64,000 nucleotides of DNA from Marispirochaeta sp. (GTDB lineage: Bacteria; Spirochaetota; Spirochaetia; JC444; Marispirochaetaceae): contig CAXXFF010000001.1 in the NCBI GenBank assembly GCA_963676835.2, positions 864,001 to 928,000 on the forward strand, given 5' to 3'. Numbering within the stretch: the stretch's first letter is position 1; the number at the start of each line of letters is the position of its first letter. The notes beneath the pieces were generated by a model. It ran no database searches and was not told where the DNA came from. It saw only the letters and a list, made by a program, of their open reading frames with translations. A program made the position numbers and the translations under genes. Shown one piece after another: positions 1-9,374 of the stretch.

Positions 1-1052
1 CGGGCAAGGTTTTCATCCCGGTCACCTTCCCCCAGAGGGGCTCCATGCACCTGAAGATAGAGCACCCTGTTACCTTCGCTTATGTGAAAGGTAAGCTCTT
101 CGGTCAGATCCACCCCGCCGGAAAGAAGCTCCTCGGCAAACTCATGGAGTTTAAGATTACGCACCGCCTTAAGCAGGGGATGCCCTATCATCTCTTCCCG
201 CTGCAGTTGAAAAATAGACTCCGCAGCTCTGTTGGTTTCGAGGACCCGCAAACCGTTGTCCAGGACTACCACCGCTTCGCTCATACCGGAGAGAACCAGC
301 TGGTACTCATCACGCTGACGCTGGATGGATTCAATACGCCCCGCCAGCCGGCCGGCCATTATGTTAAGGGTCTGCCCCAGAACACGCATCTCTTCCGGCG
401 TACTGACATCGGACCGGGCATCAAGATCACCCTTTCCCAGGTCTTCAGCAACGGCGACAAGCTTCTGCAGGGGTTTGCGTATCCATTGACCGGTACTGGC
501 AGCTGCATACACTGCAAAGGAGAAAAAGAGGATCCCCAGCAGGAGCAATGTTCTTGAAGTGCTGGATATAACAGTGTCGATTGTGCTTATGGAACGGCTG
601 GTGCGGATATAGCCCGTTTCTCCGGGCAGCTCCTGCCTTTTGGCCAGATACATAAGCCGGTACCCCAGGGAAGACGAATGCCTTACAGACGTTCCCTTCC
701 CGAGCTGCCGGGCCTGAACAACCTCCGGGCGGTCACCATGGTTATTCATATCTGCCACCTGAGCCAGGCTGTCTCCGAGAACCCGCCCGTCCGCAGCGAT
801 AATTGTTATTCTGGTTTCTCCGGAAGCACCGGCATGCTTGCAGAATCCGTCATAATCAAACTCATCATTACCGTTCATATAAATTAGCAGATTACTTACC
901 AGCGTGGCAGTTTCACCAAGCTCATTTTCAATCTGGGCGAAAATGGAATAGGTGAAATAACGCATTACCCCGAAGAGAAATATCGCGACAATAGTAATGA
1001 GTACAAGCAGATAGAGTAAAAATCCGCGGAACATATTACTGCGCTTAAGCAT
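1..1052 (-). CDS. PhoR-like sensor histidine kinase, N-terminal part (TM, extracytoplasmic domain, TM, HAMP, PAS); runs off the window
   Basis: Manual translation from ATG at 1052 gives MLKRSNMFRGFLLYLLVLITIVAIFLFG...TRITIIAADGRVLGDS...MNNHGDRPEV...HAMP...LSGMSEAVVVLD. The frame is open to the window edge, so it is absent from the ORF track. Confidence 0.85.
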   Translation of the reverse strand, partial: MLKRSNMFRGFLLYLLVLITIVAIFLFGVMRYFTYSIFAQIENELGETATLVSNLLIYMNGNDEFDYDGFCKHAGASGETRITIIAADGRVLGDSLAQVADMNNHGDRPEVVQARQLGKGTSVRHSSSLGYRLMYLAKRQELPGETGYIRTSRSISTIDTVISSTSRTLLLLGILFFSFAVYAAASTGQWIRKPLQKLVAVAEDLGKGDLDARSDVSTPEEMRVLGQTLNIMAGRLAGRIESIQRQRDEYQLVLSGMSEAVVVLDNGLRVLETNRAAESIFQLQREEMIGHPLLKAVRNLKLHEFAEELLSGGVDLTEELTFHISEGNRVLYLQVHGAPLGEGDRDENLA

Positions 1053-1163
1053 GGCTGTTTACCTCGATTTTCGAGTCTGACTGGCCACAGTGTAGCAGAA
1101 ATCGGGGGTTAAATGGTGAAAAGCATGTTAGATATAGTTGTCCCCCTTCTGCATATTTATTAG

Positions 1164-1196
1164 ACTTGATTTGTTAATCAAGTTTCCTGTACAGGA
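1164..1196. promoter_or_regulatory. Two adjacent palindromes, candidate operators
   Basis: ACTTGATT-tgtt-AATCAAGT (1164-1183) and TCCTGTACAGGA (1185-1196) in a divergent intergenic region. Confidence 0.5.
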
Positions 1197-1229
1197 TTCA
1201 TATCCCTTCGCCTTTCAAGGAGGCAGCAT

Positions 1230-2039
1230 ATCAAAAAGATAAAATTTATAGCGCTCATAGCGCTGGTACTTATGTTGGGCAGTTGTTTCAGTACAAACTG
1301 GCTCATCATGGTAAAAAAAGACGGTTCCGGCACAATTACCATGGACTTCACCATGGATCAGTCTGTAATGGGCATGATGCAGGGAATGGGCGGCGGCGGT
1401 GATGCCCCGGCACAGACAGGCGCCGATCTTATCAATGCCGATGATCTCAGCCGGCTGGCAAGAGCCATGGGAGAAGGTGTCCGCTATGTCTCTGCAGAAC
1501 CCGCCGATAAAGGTGGAAACATCGGCTATAAAGCAACATTTGCCTTCGATGACATAAGCAAGGTTCATATAGACCCCATGCTCGGAGCGCCTTCAGACGG
1601 CGATGAGTCAGAAGAGGTCGAAGCGGATGATGTAATCAGCTTTGCTTTCAAAAAAGGCTCACGTCCCCAGCTGACAATTATTACAGATCAGTCCGAAAAT
1701 AATTCGGATACCGAAGATTACAGCGATACCGAGTCCGAGGCTCAGAGCCCCGAAGAAGCAGCGGCTATGGCCAATATGATGAAGCCTTTCCTTGGAAGCA
1801 TGTCATTTTCAGTACTGGTAAAAGTTGACGGTGCCATCAGCAGCACCAATGCAAGCTATGTAAATGGCAGTACCGTAACCATGATGGATTTTGATATGGG
1901 GAAAATTATCGACAACAACGACCTTTTTACCAAGGTTATGGCCGATAACTCCATGGAGGATGAAGAGGTTCGGAAGGAACTGGCAAAGAACGGCGTTCTT
2001 ATCGAGCTTCAGGAAAAAGTCACCGTAGACTTCCGCTGA
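1230..2039 (+). CDS. Lipoprotein of unknown function (LppM-like); probable non-canonical ATC start
   Basis: AGGAGG at 1218-1223, then in-frame ATC at 1230, gives the signal peptide KKIKFIALIALVLMLGS-C; contains the motif VKKDGSGTI. Confidence 0.75.
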   Translation: MKKIKFIALIALVLMLGSCFSTNWLIMVKKDGSGTITMDFTMDQSVMGMMQGMGGGGDAPAQTGADLINADDLSRLARAMGEGVRYVSAEPADKGGNIGYKATFAFDDISKVHIDPMLGAPSDGDESEEVEADDVISFAFKKGSRPQLTIITDQSENNSDTEDYSDTESEAQSPEEAAAMANMMKPFLGSMSFSVLVKVDGAISSTNASYVNGSTVTMMDFDMGKIIDNNDLFTKVMADNSMEDEEVRKELAKNGVLIELQEKVTVDFR

Positions 2040-2046
2040 TAATTCA

Positions 2047-2081
2047 AACAAACCGCCGGGGATTCCGGCGGTTTGTTATTT
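2047..2081 (+). terminator. Intrinsic terminator
   Basis: AACAAACCGCCGG-ggatt-CCGGCGGTTTGTT followed by a T-rich tail. Confidence 0.8.
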
Positions 2082-2136
2082 CATGTGCTATTTTCTCATG
2101 CATAAATAAACCCAATTCAATACAGGAAAGTATTAA

Positions 2137-2937
2137 ATGAACCGAAAACCACGTATACTGCTGACTATTCTGACATGTTCTACCCTTCTTCTCAGCAGTT
2201 GCTTTACCAGCAAAATGACAGTACTTGTTGAAAAAGACGGCTCGGGAACCATTGCTCTGGAATTCAATATGAACAAGGAACAGATGATTGAATTTGGAAA
2301 AGTCAGCGGAGATCTTCCCAGTGATGATGAACTGAAGAGTTCAACCATGTTTTACGAAAAGGACCTTGTGGTTCTGGCGGAATCCTTCGGTGAAGGGGTA
2401 ACTTTTGAATCATTCAGTTTATTACCCGACGAAGATGACAGTATCGGCTATAATGCGGTCTATAAATTTACAGATATAAGCAAAGTGCGGATAAAGAACT
2501 TCCTGACCATACCCGACCTGGATGCGGGGGACATCAAGAATCAGGGAATTACCTTTGCATCCAGCCAGACCGCGGAAGGTCGAGTTGTTAAAATATTCCC
2601 CCAGCTTTTTCAAAAAGATGCACCACAGACGGGAATGCAGGAAAATATTGAGGAACAGATCAACCAGTTACACCCCATGTTGGCCCCATTCACCCGTAAC
2701 ATGAATATATCCGTAAGGGTAGAGTTCGCAGAACCTGTTATAGAAACGAACGCAAGCTTTCCCGGTGATCACTCAATCACGCTTCTGGAACTCAATCTGG
2801 ATGATGAAGAGATTTCAGTGCAGGATTTGACAACAATTCTGCTGTTTATGGATAAATCCACGATTATTTCTCCCGATGATGTGACAAGTGCGGGAATGAA
2901 TCTTGAAACCAAAGACAAGTTGACTGTAGTTTACTAA
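2137..2937 (+). CDS. Lipoprotein, paralog of 1230-2039
   Basis: Lipobox LLLSSC; shares the motifs (K/E)KDGSGTI, GEGV, IGY.A...F.DISKV.I and TNAS with the upstream gene. Confidence 0.8.
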   Translation: MNRKPRILLTILTCSTLLLSSCFTSKMTVLVEKDGSGTIALEFNMNKEQMIEFGKVSGDLPSDDELKSSTMFYEKDLVVLAESFGEGVTFESFSLLPDEDDSIGYNAVYKFTDISKVRIKNFLTIPDLDAGDIKNQGITFASSQTAEGRVVKIFPQLFQKDAPQTGMQENIEEQINQLHPMLAPFTRNMNISVRVEFAEPVIETNASFPGDHSITLLELNLDDEEISVQDLTTILLFMDKSTIISPDDVTSAGMNLETKDKLTVVY

Positions 2938-4007
2938 GGTCCCATTGAATTTCTGGTCAGGCTGCCGAGCTGTCCGCAAGCGGCCTGAATTGAATCGCCT
3001 CTGGTATCCCGGATTCTACAGTACTGCCCCAGTTCGAGCAGCTGTGAAGCAAACAGATCTACCTGGTCCCGGGAAGGACGCCTGTAGCGTCCGTCAGTTC
3101 CGGGATTGCAGGGAATAATATTTACACAGCTCTGCATACCCATAAGATAATCAACCAGCTGCCGGGCATCTTCGGGGGAATCATTCACCCCCGGAATAAG
3201 AGTATACTCCATGAATATCCTGTCACGCCCCCTGGCAAGGGGATACTCCTTCATTGCCTGCTTTAGCTCTTCAAGAGGCCATATGCGGTTTATGGGCATA
3301 ATGTCACAGCGCTTCTGGTTGTCAGCAGAATGAAGACTCACCGCAAGAGAGAGCCTCTTCAGGTCCGGACTCTTCCATGCTCTGATATGGGAAGCCAGTT
3401 CTCTTATTCCCGGCACATGTCCCGCGGTTGATACAGTCATGGAGGAGACAGGAATATTGCAACCTCTCTGATCGCTGATAATCTCTATTGCCTTAATGAC
3501 ATTTTCAAGGTTATCAAAGGGCTCCCCCATCCCCATAAAAACCAGGTTGGATACTGTGATTCCAAGATAGAAACGTACCGCCATAAGCTGCCCGACAATC
3601 TCACCTGCTGTAAGATTTCTGATAAGCCCGAGGCTGCCGGTTTCACAGAAAGTACACCCCCGGGCACAGCCGGCCTGGGTGGAAACACAGATGCTGGCAT
3701 AGCGGGTCATAAAGAGCACCACCGTTTCTATTAAAACACCGTCCGGAAACTGCAGCAGAATCTTGATACTGGAACTGTCCCGCTGCATATCCTTTACAAC
3801 GGGAATACGGCAGTCAAAATCCTGTCTTACCTTCAGCGCCAGTCCGGGATTTGCATGAAACTCCTTCAGATCCCCGCAAAAGCCGGTACCCCGGCTGTAG
3901 AGAGAACGGAAAAAAGGAACAGCATGGTATGTCCCCTTTCCATAGCGGCTGGAAAAAAGACCGGTAAGATCTACACAGCTGTATGAGAAGGGGTCGAAAG
4001 GAGCCAC
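2934..4007 (-). CDS. rlmN: RlmN/Cfr-family radical SAM RNA methyltransferase
   Basis: CVSTQAGCARGCTFC, FMGMGEP and C-terminal AACGQL motifs. Confidence 0.8.
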   Translation of the reverse strand: MAPFDPFSYSCVDLTGLFSSRYGKGTYHAVPFFRSLYSRGTGFCGDLKEFHANPGLALKVRQDFDCRIPVVKDMQRDSSSIKILLQFPDGVLIETVVLFMTRYASICVSTQAGCARGCTFCETGSLGLIRNLTAGEIVGQLMAVRFYLGITVSNLVFMGMGEPFDNLENVIKAIEIISDQRGCNIPVSSMTVSTAGHVPGIRELASHIRAWKSPDLKRLSLAVSLHSADNQKRCDIMPINRIWPLEELKQAMKEYPLARGRDRIFMEYTLIPGVNDSPEDARQLVDYLMGMQSCVNIIPCNPGTDGRYRRPSRDQVDLFASQLLELGQYCRIRDTRGDSIQAACGQLGSLTRNSMGP

Positions 4008-4015
4008 CCTGGGAT

Positions 4016-4435
4016 TCAGGCGTTTTTCGCTTCAGAGAGAGCTGCAGCAGCCTCCCAGCCGGAAAGAATCTCCCGGGGAATGGGAGAAGGCCTGCCGGCT
4101 GAGTTTACCATGGCAAAATCAACAGTAGCCTCGACCAGAACCGTATCACCATTGAGAATCCGCTGAAAAACCCTTCCCTTTACCTTTCCCAGGGAGATAC
4201 ATTCTGTGGCGATATTCAGGCGGTCATTCATATACGCAGGCTTAAGATAGCGGATATCGATATGGGACACATAAAGGCCGTTACCGGCCTCCAGATAGGC
4301 ATCGTAATTGAACCCACTGTCATACAGAAACTGGTGGCGGGCATACTCAAGATAATTCAGGTATACAGCATTATTCACATGTCCGTACTGATCCAGCTCA
4401 TAGGACCGTACCACTATTTCGCAGTTATAAATCAT
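4016..4435 (-). CDS. Acyl-CoA thioesterase (4HBT/YbgC hot-dog family)
   Basis: VRSYELDQYGHVNNAVYLNYLEYAR motif. Confidence 0.9.
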   Translation of the reverse strand: MIYNCEIVVRSYELDQYGHVNNAVYLNYLEYARHQFLYDSGFNYDAYLEAGNGLYVSHIDIRYLKPAYMNDRLNIATECISLGKVKGRVFQRILNGDTVLVEATVDFAMVNSAGRPSPIPREILSGWEAAAALSEAKNA

Positions 4436-4447
4436 GCAAGAATCCTA

Positions 4448-5677
4448 TCAGAGAGCATCCCTGTACTCAAGATTCCCTCCGACAGGAAACAGCTCTCCAA
4501 TGGCAGTGCGGAGTTCATCCTTCACCAATGGGGAGAAAGGCACACTCTGCTCCATTTCCTGTATTACCTGTGCGGTTTCACGGTTAAGATAGCCAACGTT
4601 CCGGCGGAAAAGTTCCTGCATCTCCCGCTGAAAATAGCGGTGATAGCTGACAACCCCATGGGGCATGAATCCCCGCTTCAGCTTATGAGGACTGCCGGCA
4701 CCGGGATCAAAATACTTTACCCCTTGTTCTATCATCCACTGTATTGGAGCGTAATAACAGAGATTAAAATGGAGATTGGGAATATCCTCATCTGCACCCC
4801 AGTAACGACCGAAAATCCACTCCCCGCCGAATAGACACATGGACATTGCTGCCGCATCTTCCGGGGCTCCTCCTTCCGGTACAGCCGCAAAGATTACCGT
4901 ATTATCCGCAAAATAATCCGGCAGCATAAGAAAGAATTCACGGTTGAGAAAACGGGCCGCCCAGGGACCAAAGCGGGAATTGGTCCTGAGATAAAAACGG
5001 TACATCCTCTCCATGACAGCCCCGGAGAGCTCTTTTCCGGTAATAATCCGTATATCCAGCCGCTGCTTTTCCAGCGACGCCCATTCCCGCCGTACATTAC
5101 GCCGCTGGTTCTTTCCCAGATCCGAGAGGTAGTCTGCAAAATCACGGTACCCCCGGTTAATCATAAGAAAGCTCTGATTCAGCCAGGGAGTATAGTCCTC
5201 CAGCGCCCTGTGCAATCCGGGGTCTGCAAACAGAAAGGATGAGCTGTATATCCCCGCCCTTTGAGCATAGGATTGAAAGTCTTCTGCTAAAAAGCTGCAG
5301 AGAGCACTCTCCGCTTCAGGACTGTCGGTAAAGAGAGAATAGAAGCCCGATGGAGTTGCCGGAACCGTTCCGATAATCTTCGGATAATAGGGAATATCGA
5401 ATCGGGCAGCCAGATCCGCCCAGGCAAAATCGTAGACAAACTCCCCGCTTGAATGAGTTTTTCCATACAGAGGCAGTACTCCGGCAAGTTCCTCTCCTCT
5501 TTTCAGGGTTAAATGCAGGGGAACCCATCCATTGTCCGCACTGATCGACCCCGATTCTTCAAGAAGCATAAGCCATTCCCAGAGATACAGAGGAGTCCTG
5601 TTGCCCGATACCAGCCTGTTCCAATCCTTCCGGTCCAGACTCTTGAGATTTTCTCCCATTGAAAGGGTAAAATTCAT
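4448..5677 (-). CDS. FemAB-like GNAT-fold protein (DUF482 type)
   Basis: PLYGKTHSSGEFVYDFAWA, GRYWG, LHFNLCYY and HKLKRGF motifs; start moved to ATG 5677. Confidence 0.85.
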   Translation of the reverse strand: MNFTLSMGENLKSLDRKDWNRLVSGNRTPLYLWEWLMLLEESGSISADNGWVPLHLTLKRGEELAGVLPLYGKTHSSGEFVYDFAWADLAARFDIPYYPKIIGTVPATPSGFYSLFTDSPEAESALCSFLAEDFQSYAQRAGIYSSSFLFADPGLHRALEDYTPWLNQSFLMINRGYRDFADYLSDLGKNQRRNVRREWASLEKQRLDIRIITGKELSGAVMERMYRFYLRTNSRFGPWAARFLNREFFLMLPDYFADNTVIFAAVPEGGAPEDAAAMSMCLFGGEWIFGRYWGADEDIPNLHFNLCYYAPIQWMIEQGVKYFDPGAGSPHKLKRGFMPHGVVSYHRYFQREMQELFRRNVGYLNRETAQVIQEMEQSVPFSPLVKDELRTAIGELFPVGGNLEYRDAL

Positions 5678-5753
5678 ATCCCTAAAATACTCATTACCAT
5701 TGCCCCTTGCTATACCGAATAAAATCTTTACCATTTAAGAATGAGGTGGGGCT

Positions 5754-6404
5754 ATGAAAAGAACTGTACTGATGTCTATTTTTCTTATGATCTGTATTAT
5801 TTCCGGGATTACAGCCCAGGAAGTGGGAGGAAGCATTTCTTTTTTTGTTCCCCTTTCCTTAATGCAGGACGGAAAAGGCAGCGTAACCTTTGAAAAGGGT
5901 CTGGAGACAAGTCTGGGGCTGGGAGGTATCTTCAGTATCCCCATAGGCTTTGTCTATAACAGGGTGGACGGTTTTCAGGTTTCGGATGACACCCTCGGAA
6001 ATCCTGATTCACCATGGTTTTACGGAGACTGTCTTATGCCCTATGTAATGCTGAAAACCCACCTTCCTCTGGGACCGCTCTATCTTGAACTCTTCGGCGG
6101 TGCCGCTGCCAACTGGAGCTTTGTCCTGAACCCCAGGGTTGATATAATGGAAAAGGATGTTCCAGGGGTAGATGACATTGATGATATTGAATATTCCCCG
6201 GTCTGGGGCTTCGGATATCTGGCAGGCGCCGCAGCAGGCGTCCAGCTGGGCAGGATTTCCGTGGACCTAGGTGCCACCTGGAGAGATATCCGTCATACCA
6301 TGGGAATATCCTTCGACGCCGATGGATCTCCTGCACAGTATTCAGACGCACAGCTTCTCCTGCGGGGAATATCCATAGCCCTTTCCGGAGGCTACAGCCT
6401 TTGA
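5754..6404 (+). CDS. Exported protein, probable small outer-membrane beta-barrel
   Basis: SD GAGGTG, signal peptide, amphipathic beta strands, C-terminal GGYSL. Confidence 0.6.
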   Translation: MKRTVLMSIFLMICIISGITAQEVGGSISFFVPLSLMQDGKGSVTFEKGLETSLGLGGIFSIPIGFVYNRVDGFQVSDDTLGNPDSPWFYGDCLMPYVMLKTHLPLGPLYLELFGGAAANWSFVLNPRVDIMEKDVPGVDDIDDIEYSPVWGFGYLAGAAAGVQLGRISVDLGATWRDIRHTMGISFDADGSPAQYSDAQLLLRGISIALSGGYSL

Positions 6405-7123
6405 CGCACCTTTGCGGTATATAAGCGTGTAAAGATAAAAATCCAAACAGTCTGAACCGCAAATCCCCCGCCCGCCCAGGCCGTCCAGGGTTCTCCCTGC
6501 ATCAGCCTGACAAAGGCAAGGGGAGCCCAGAAAGGAGGAAAGATACCTGCAGCAAACATCAGGGGACTTTTAATAAAGTAACCCGCAGCCGGCGCAGCAA
6601 ACAAAATGCCGCTTAATTTTGCCAGGGCCATGGCCTCTACCTTGTTCCCTGCAAATGTGACCAGAAAAAGTGCCAACCCCGGAGCAGACAATGCATAGAG
6701 CAGTGAGAGGCTTACAAGAGGCAGTAAGGGCGCCGACATTCCTCCCTGTAACAGCGGAAGCATTCCAGACAGGGGGAGTGAGATCACTGTGGGGATGAGC
6801 ATGCGGCAGAATAGATACCGGCCAGACGGTATTGGCAGTACAGTCGTATAGCGGAGAATCCCGCCGTCCCTGTCATCAAGCATCCTCAGTCCGGCAACCA
6901 TCCCGTTCAGAAGCGGTGGGACCATCATCATAAAACCGGTAATAAAATAATGATATGGCGCCAGATCAAAGGCAAACCGTCGCTTAAGGATTTCACCTGC
7001 AAAAGGAACGCCGGCCCTGAGAATTACACCAATAAGAAAAGGGAGAACCAGCAGAAACAACAGTTCAGGCTCCCTGAACAAATTTCTCACTTCCCCTCGA
7101 AGAAGAACTGCTTCCTGCTTCAC
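6392..7123 (-). CDS. ABC-2 type exporter permease
   Basis: Six hydrophobic segments; MLDDRDGG and AGNKVEAMA motifs. Confidence 0.8.
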   Translation of the reverse strand: MKQEAVLLRGEVRNLFREPELLFLLVLPFLIGVILRAGVPFAGEILKRRFAFDLAPYHYFITGFMMMVPPLLNGMVAGLRMLDDRDGGILRYTTVLPIPSGRYLFCRMLIPTVISLPLSGMLPLLQGGMSAPLLPLVSLSLLYALSAPGLALFLVTFAGNKVEAMALAKLSGILFAAPAAGYFIKSPLMFAAGIFPPFWAPLAFVRLMQGEPWTAWAGGGFAVQTVWIFIFTRLYTAKVRQRL

Positions 7124-7824
7124 ACTCCCTCCACAAGACGTTTTCTGAAATCCACAGAGGCCAGCCAGGAAAATATCCCCAGCCAGATGGTGGAATTGAG
7201 CACTATCACGGTTGCGGGAACACCCCCACCGGGACTTAAAGAGCCCGTCGCCCTGTCCATGAGCATCAGGCCCCCTGCACCGGGCAGGACGAGAAAAAGA
7301 GTATTACTGCCAAGGCCAAGATAGCGTATCAGCGGTAAACCCGATGGCAGGGTCAACAACCCGGCAATAATTATAAAACGTGCCAGGTTTCCGGTTCTGG
7401 TCATTACACTTGTACCGAGAAAGGTGAAGGTTGCAGCGCAGATAAAAGCCCCGGCAGCAACGGCAGGAAATGAAACCTGAAAACCTCCACCGCTAACGAC
7501 AACAAGAAGTGCAAAAAAAGTTGACACCGCAGAAAGAGTCAGGGTTCGCCTCAGGGTGAAACTGAAAGAGCTCAGAGGCAGGATCCCGACAGCTTTAATG
7601 GTCCCGCTCTGTTTTTCGAGATGCAGAGCGGCGCCGGTAAATATACAGCCCAGCATTGAAATGTCACTGTACGCCAGGGAAACCGAAACAAGTATGCGTA
7701 TAGATCCTGGTGGCAGAGTAAAAATCACAGAGCAGTAAATGAGTGAAACAAAAGCATAGGCCTGAATAAATCCATATCGGAACAGAAACAGCAGATCATA
7801 CCTGTAAGAAGAGAATGTTTTCAT
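7120..7824 (-). CDS. ABC-2 type exporter permease
   Basis: Hydrophobic protein with LEKQSGT..A..ILP motif; overlaps both neighbours by 4 nt. Confidence 0.75.
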   Translation of the reverse strand: MKTFSSYRYDLLFLFRYGFIQAYAFVSLIYCSVIFTLPPGSIRILVSVSLAYSDISMLGCIFTGAALHLEKQSGTIKAVGILPLSSFSFTLRRTLTLSAVSTFFALLVVVSGGGFQVSFPAVAAGAFICAATFTFLGTSVMTRTGNLARFIIIAGLLTLPSGLPLIRYLGLGSNTLFLVLPGAGGLMLMDRATGSLSPGGGVPATVIVLNSTIWLGIFSWLASVDFRKRLVEGV

Positions 7825-8693
7825 TTGAGTTTTGTACCGGTTATATCCAGAAAAACATCCCCCAGACTGGCTTCCTGGGAATGGACACGCTGGAGCTCTC
7901 CCTGCTCAAGACTCTTCAGCAAATCAAGAAAAGAGCGGTTGAGGCCGAGGCCATCCAGAGGAAAAACATCCGCCATCTTTACTCCTTGCTGTCGGTATTC
8001 AACTTCAAGTTTACGGGTGCCGTACTCTTTTTTAAGATTTTCCGGAGAGTCAACTCTGCTGATATCACCATTGACCATAAATGCGAGCCTGTCGCAAAGC
8101 CCGTCTGCAACAGTCATATTATGGGTGGTAAGAAAAATGGTTCGTCCCTGTTTCTTCAAATCCAGTATCAGCTCCATAACCATCCGGGTATAGGCCGGGT
8201 CAAGACCGGAAGTCGGTTCATCAAGGAATAAAAGATCCGGATTGTGAAGTATTGCCCGGGCCAGATTAAGCCTGGTTCGCATTCCTTTAGAGTAGGTAGA
8301 AACCCTGCGGTCAACATCGCTCTCTAATCCCAGTCTTTCCAGTATGAGATCAACATCCTTAAGCTTACCTCCATAAAAACCACCGAAATAGTGTAGATTC
8401 TCACGGGCGGTAAACTTCTCATACAGGTTTGGCACTTCAAAGGCAACGCCTATGCGTTCAAAGAGGGATCTTTTCCACAGGGATATCTCTTTTCCAAAAA
8501 CCTCGTACTTTCCACTGAAAACACTGATAAGTTTTATAAGTATCTTTTGAGTAGTACTTTTTCCGGCACCGCTTGGTCCGAGAAACCCGAATATTTCTCC
8601 CTGATCAACAGTAAAGCTGAAACCCTTAAGAGTATCCGTATCGTTCCCGGGATAGCGGTACGACAGATCACTGACGGAAAGAATATTACCCAT
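7821..8693 (-). CDS. ABC exporter ATP-binding subunit
   Basis: Walker A GPSGAGKST, signature YSKGM, Walker B LFLDEPTSGLD. Confidence 0.95.
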   Translation of the reverse strand: MGNILSVSDLSYRYPGNDTDTLKGFSFTVDQGEIFGFLGPSGAGKSTTQKILIKLISVFSGKYEVFGKEISLWKRSLFERIGVAFEVPNLYEKFTARENLHYFGGFYGGKLKDVDLILERLGLESDVDRRVSTYSKGMRTRLNLARAILHNPDLLFLDEPTSGLDPAYTRMVMELILDLKKQGRTIFLTTHNMTVADGLCDRLAFMVNGDISRVDSPENLKKEYGTRKLEVEYRQQGVKMADVFPLDGLGLNRSFLDLLKSLEQGELQRVHSQEASLGDVFLDITGTKLK

Positions 8694-9279
8694 GGCCCAT
8701 CAACCCCTTTGCTACAGAAGAAATCATCAACTCCATAACTTCATCGAAGCTTTCCACCCCGATGCTGTCACGCTGGAAGCTCAAGACCATAATAGCGCGA
8801 AAAAGACCGGCAACAAGGGACGGATCAATGTCCGGAAAGCTGCCTTTATCCTGCCAGGAACTGATCAGGGAGACCATACGTTGTGTATCCGCCTGTTGAT
8901 GGGCCGCAATCCTCTCCTGAGAGAGTTTTCTAACCAGTTGCGGAAACTCCTCAAGCTCATATAAACGCATAGCCACGGAACTATCACGAAAAGCCCGAAA
9001 AGCATTGAGCAGAATGCTCTTTAATTGTAGATCTGTCCGCGGCGGGTCTTCGTCTTCAGACATTTGCTTGTCCCGGATTTTTTCCTCTTCCTCAAGAACA
9101 GCAAAACAAAGATCTTCTTTGGACTGAAAAAACCGGTAGAAGCTTCCTTTTGCAATACCGCTTTCCCTGGCGATATCCTCCACCCTGCTTCTGCGTAACC
9201 CGAATGAGGAAAAATGCTTTTTTCCAATAAGAATAAGTTCTCTCTTTATTCTGTCTGCTTCATCAGAGGTAAATGCCAT
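8686..9279 (-). CDS. TetR/AcrR family regulator
   Basis: HTH VEDIARESGIAKGSFYRFFQSKEDL. Confidence 0.92.
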   Translation of the reverse strand: MAFTSDEADRIKRELILIGKKHFSSFGLRRSRVEDIARESGIAKGSFYRFFQSKEDLCFAVLEEEEKIRDKQMSEDEDPPRTDLQLKSILLNAFRAFRDSSVAMRLYELEEFPQLVRKLSQERIAAHQQADTQRMVSLISSWQDKGSFPDIDPSLVAGLFRAIMVLSFQRDSIGVESFDEVMELMISSVAKGLMGHG

Positions 9280-9288
9280 ACATACTCC

Positions 9289-9313
9289 ATGACTTATTTT
9301 GTCACTCAGTCAT
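9289..9313. promoter_or_regulatory. Candidate TetR operator
   Basis: ATGACT-N13-AGTCAT with a nested TGAC-N7-GTCA, immediately upstream of the tetR start. Confidence 0.55.
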
Positions 9314-9323
9314 ATCATATCAC

Positions 9324-9352
9324 AAAAGAAGGCTCCCAGATAGTGGGAGCCT
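9324..9352 (-). terminator. Terminator of yajC-secDF
   Basis: AGGCTCCCA-N5-TGGGAGCCT with a U-rich tail on the minus strand. Confidence 0.7.
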
Positions 9353-9374
9353 CTAAAAATTCTGATTTACAGAA

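Noticed and set aside
45..887. Plus-strand ORFs 45-557 and 678-887
   Set aside because: They are antisense shadows of the minus-strand PhoR-like kinase
2934..4007. Possible Cfr-type resistance methylase
   Set aside because: Motifs fit the RlmN/Cfr family generally, and there is no mobile context or Cfr-specific evidence
6392..9279. TetR-ABC exporter as a resistance island
   Set aside because: A common operon type with no mobility genes or flanking repeats seen
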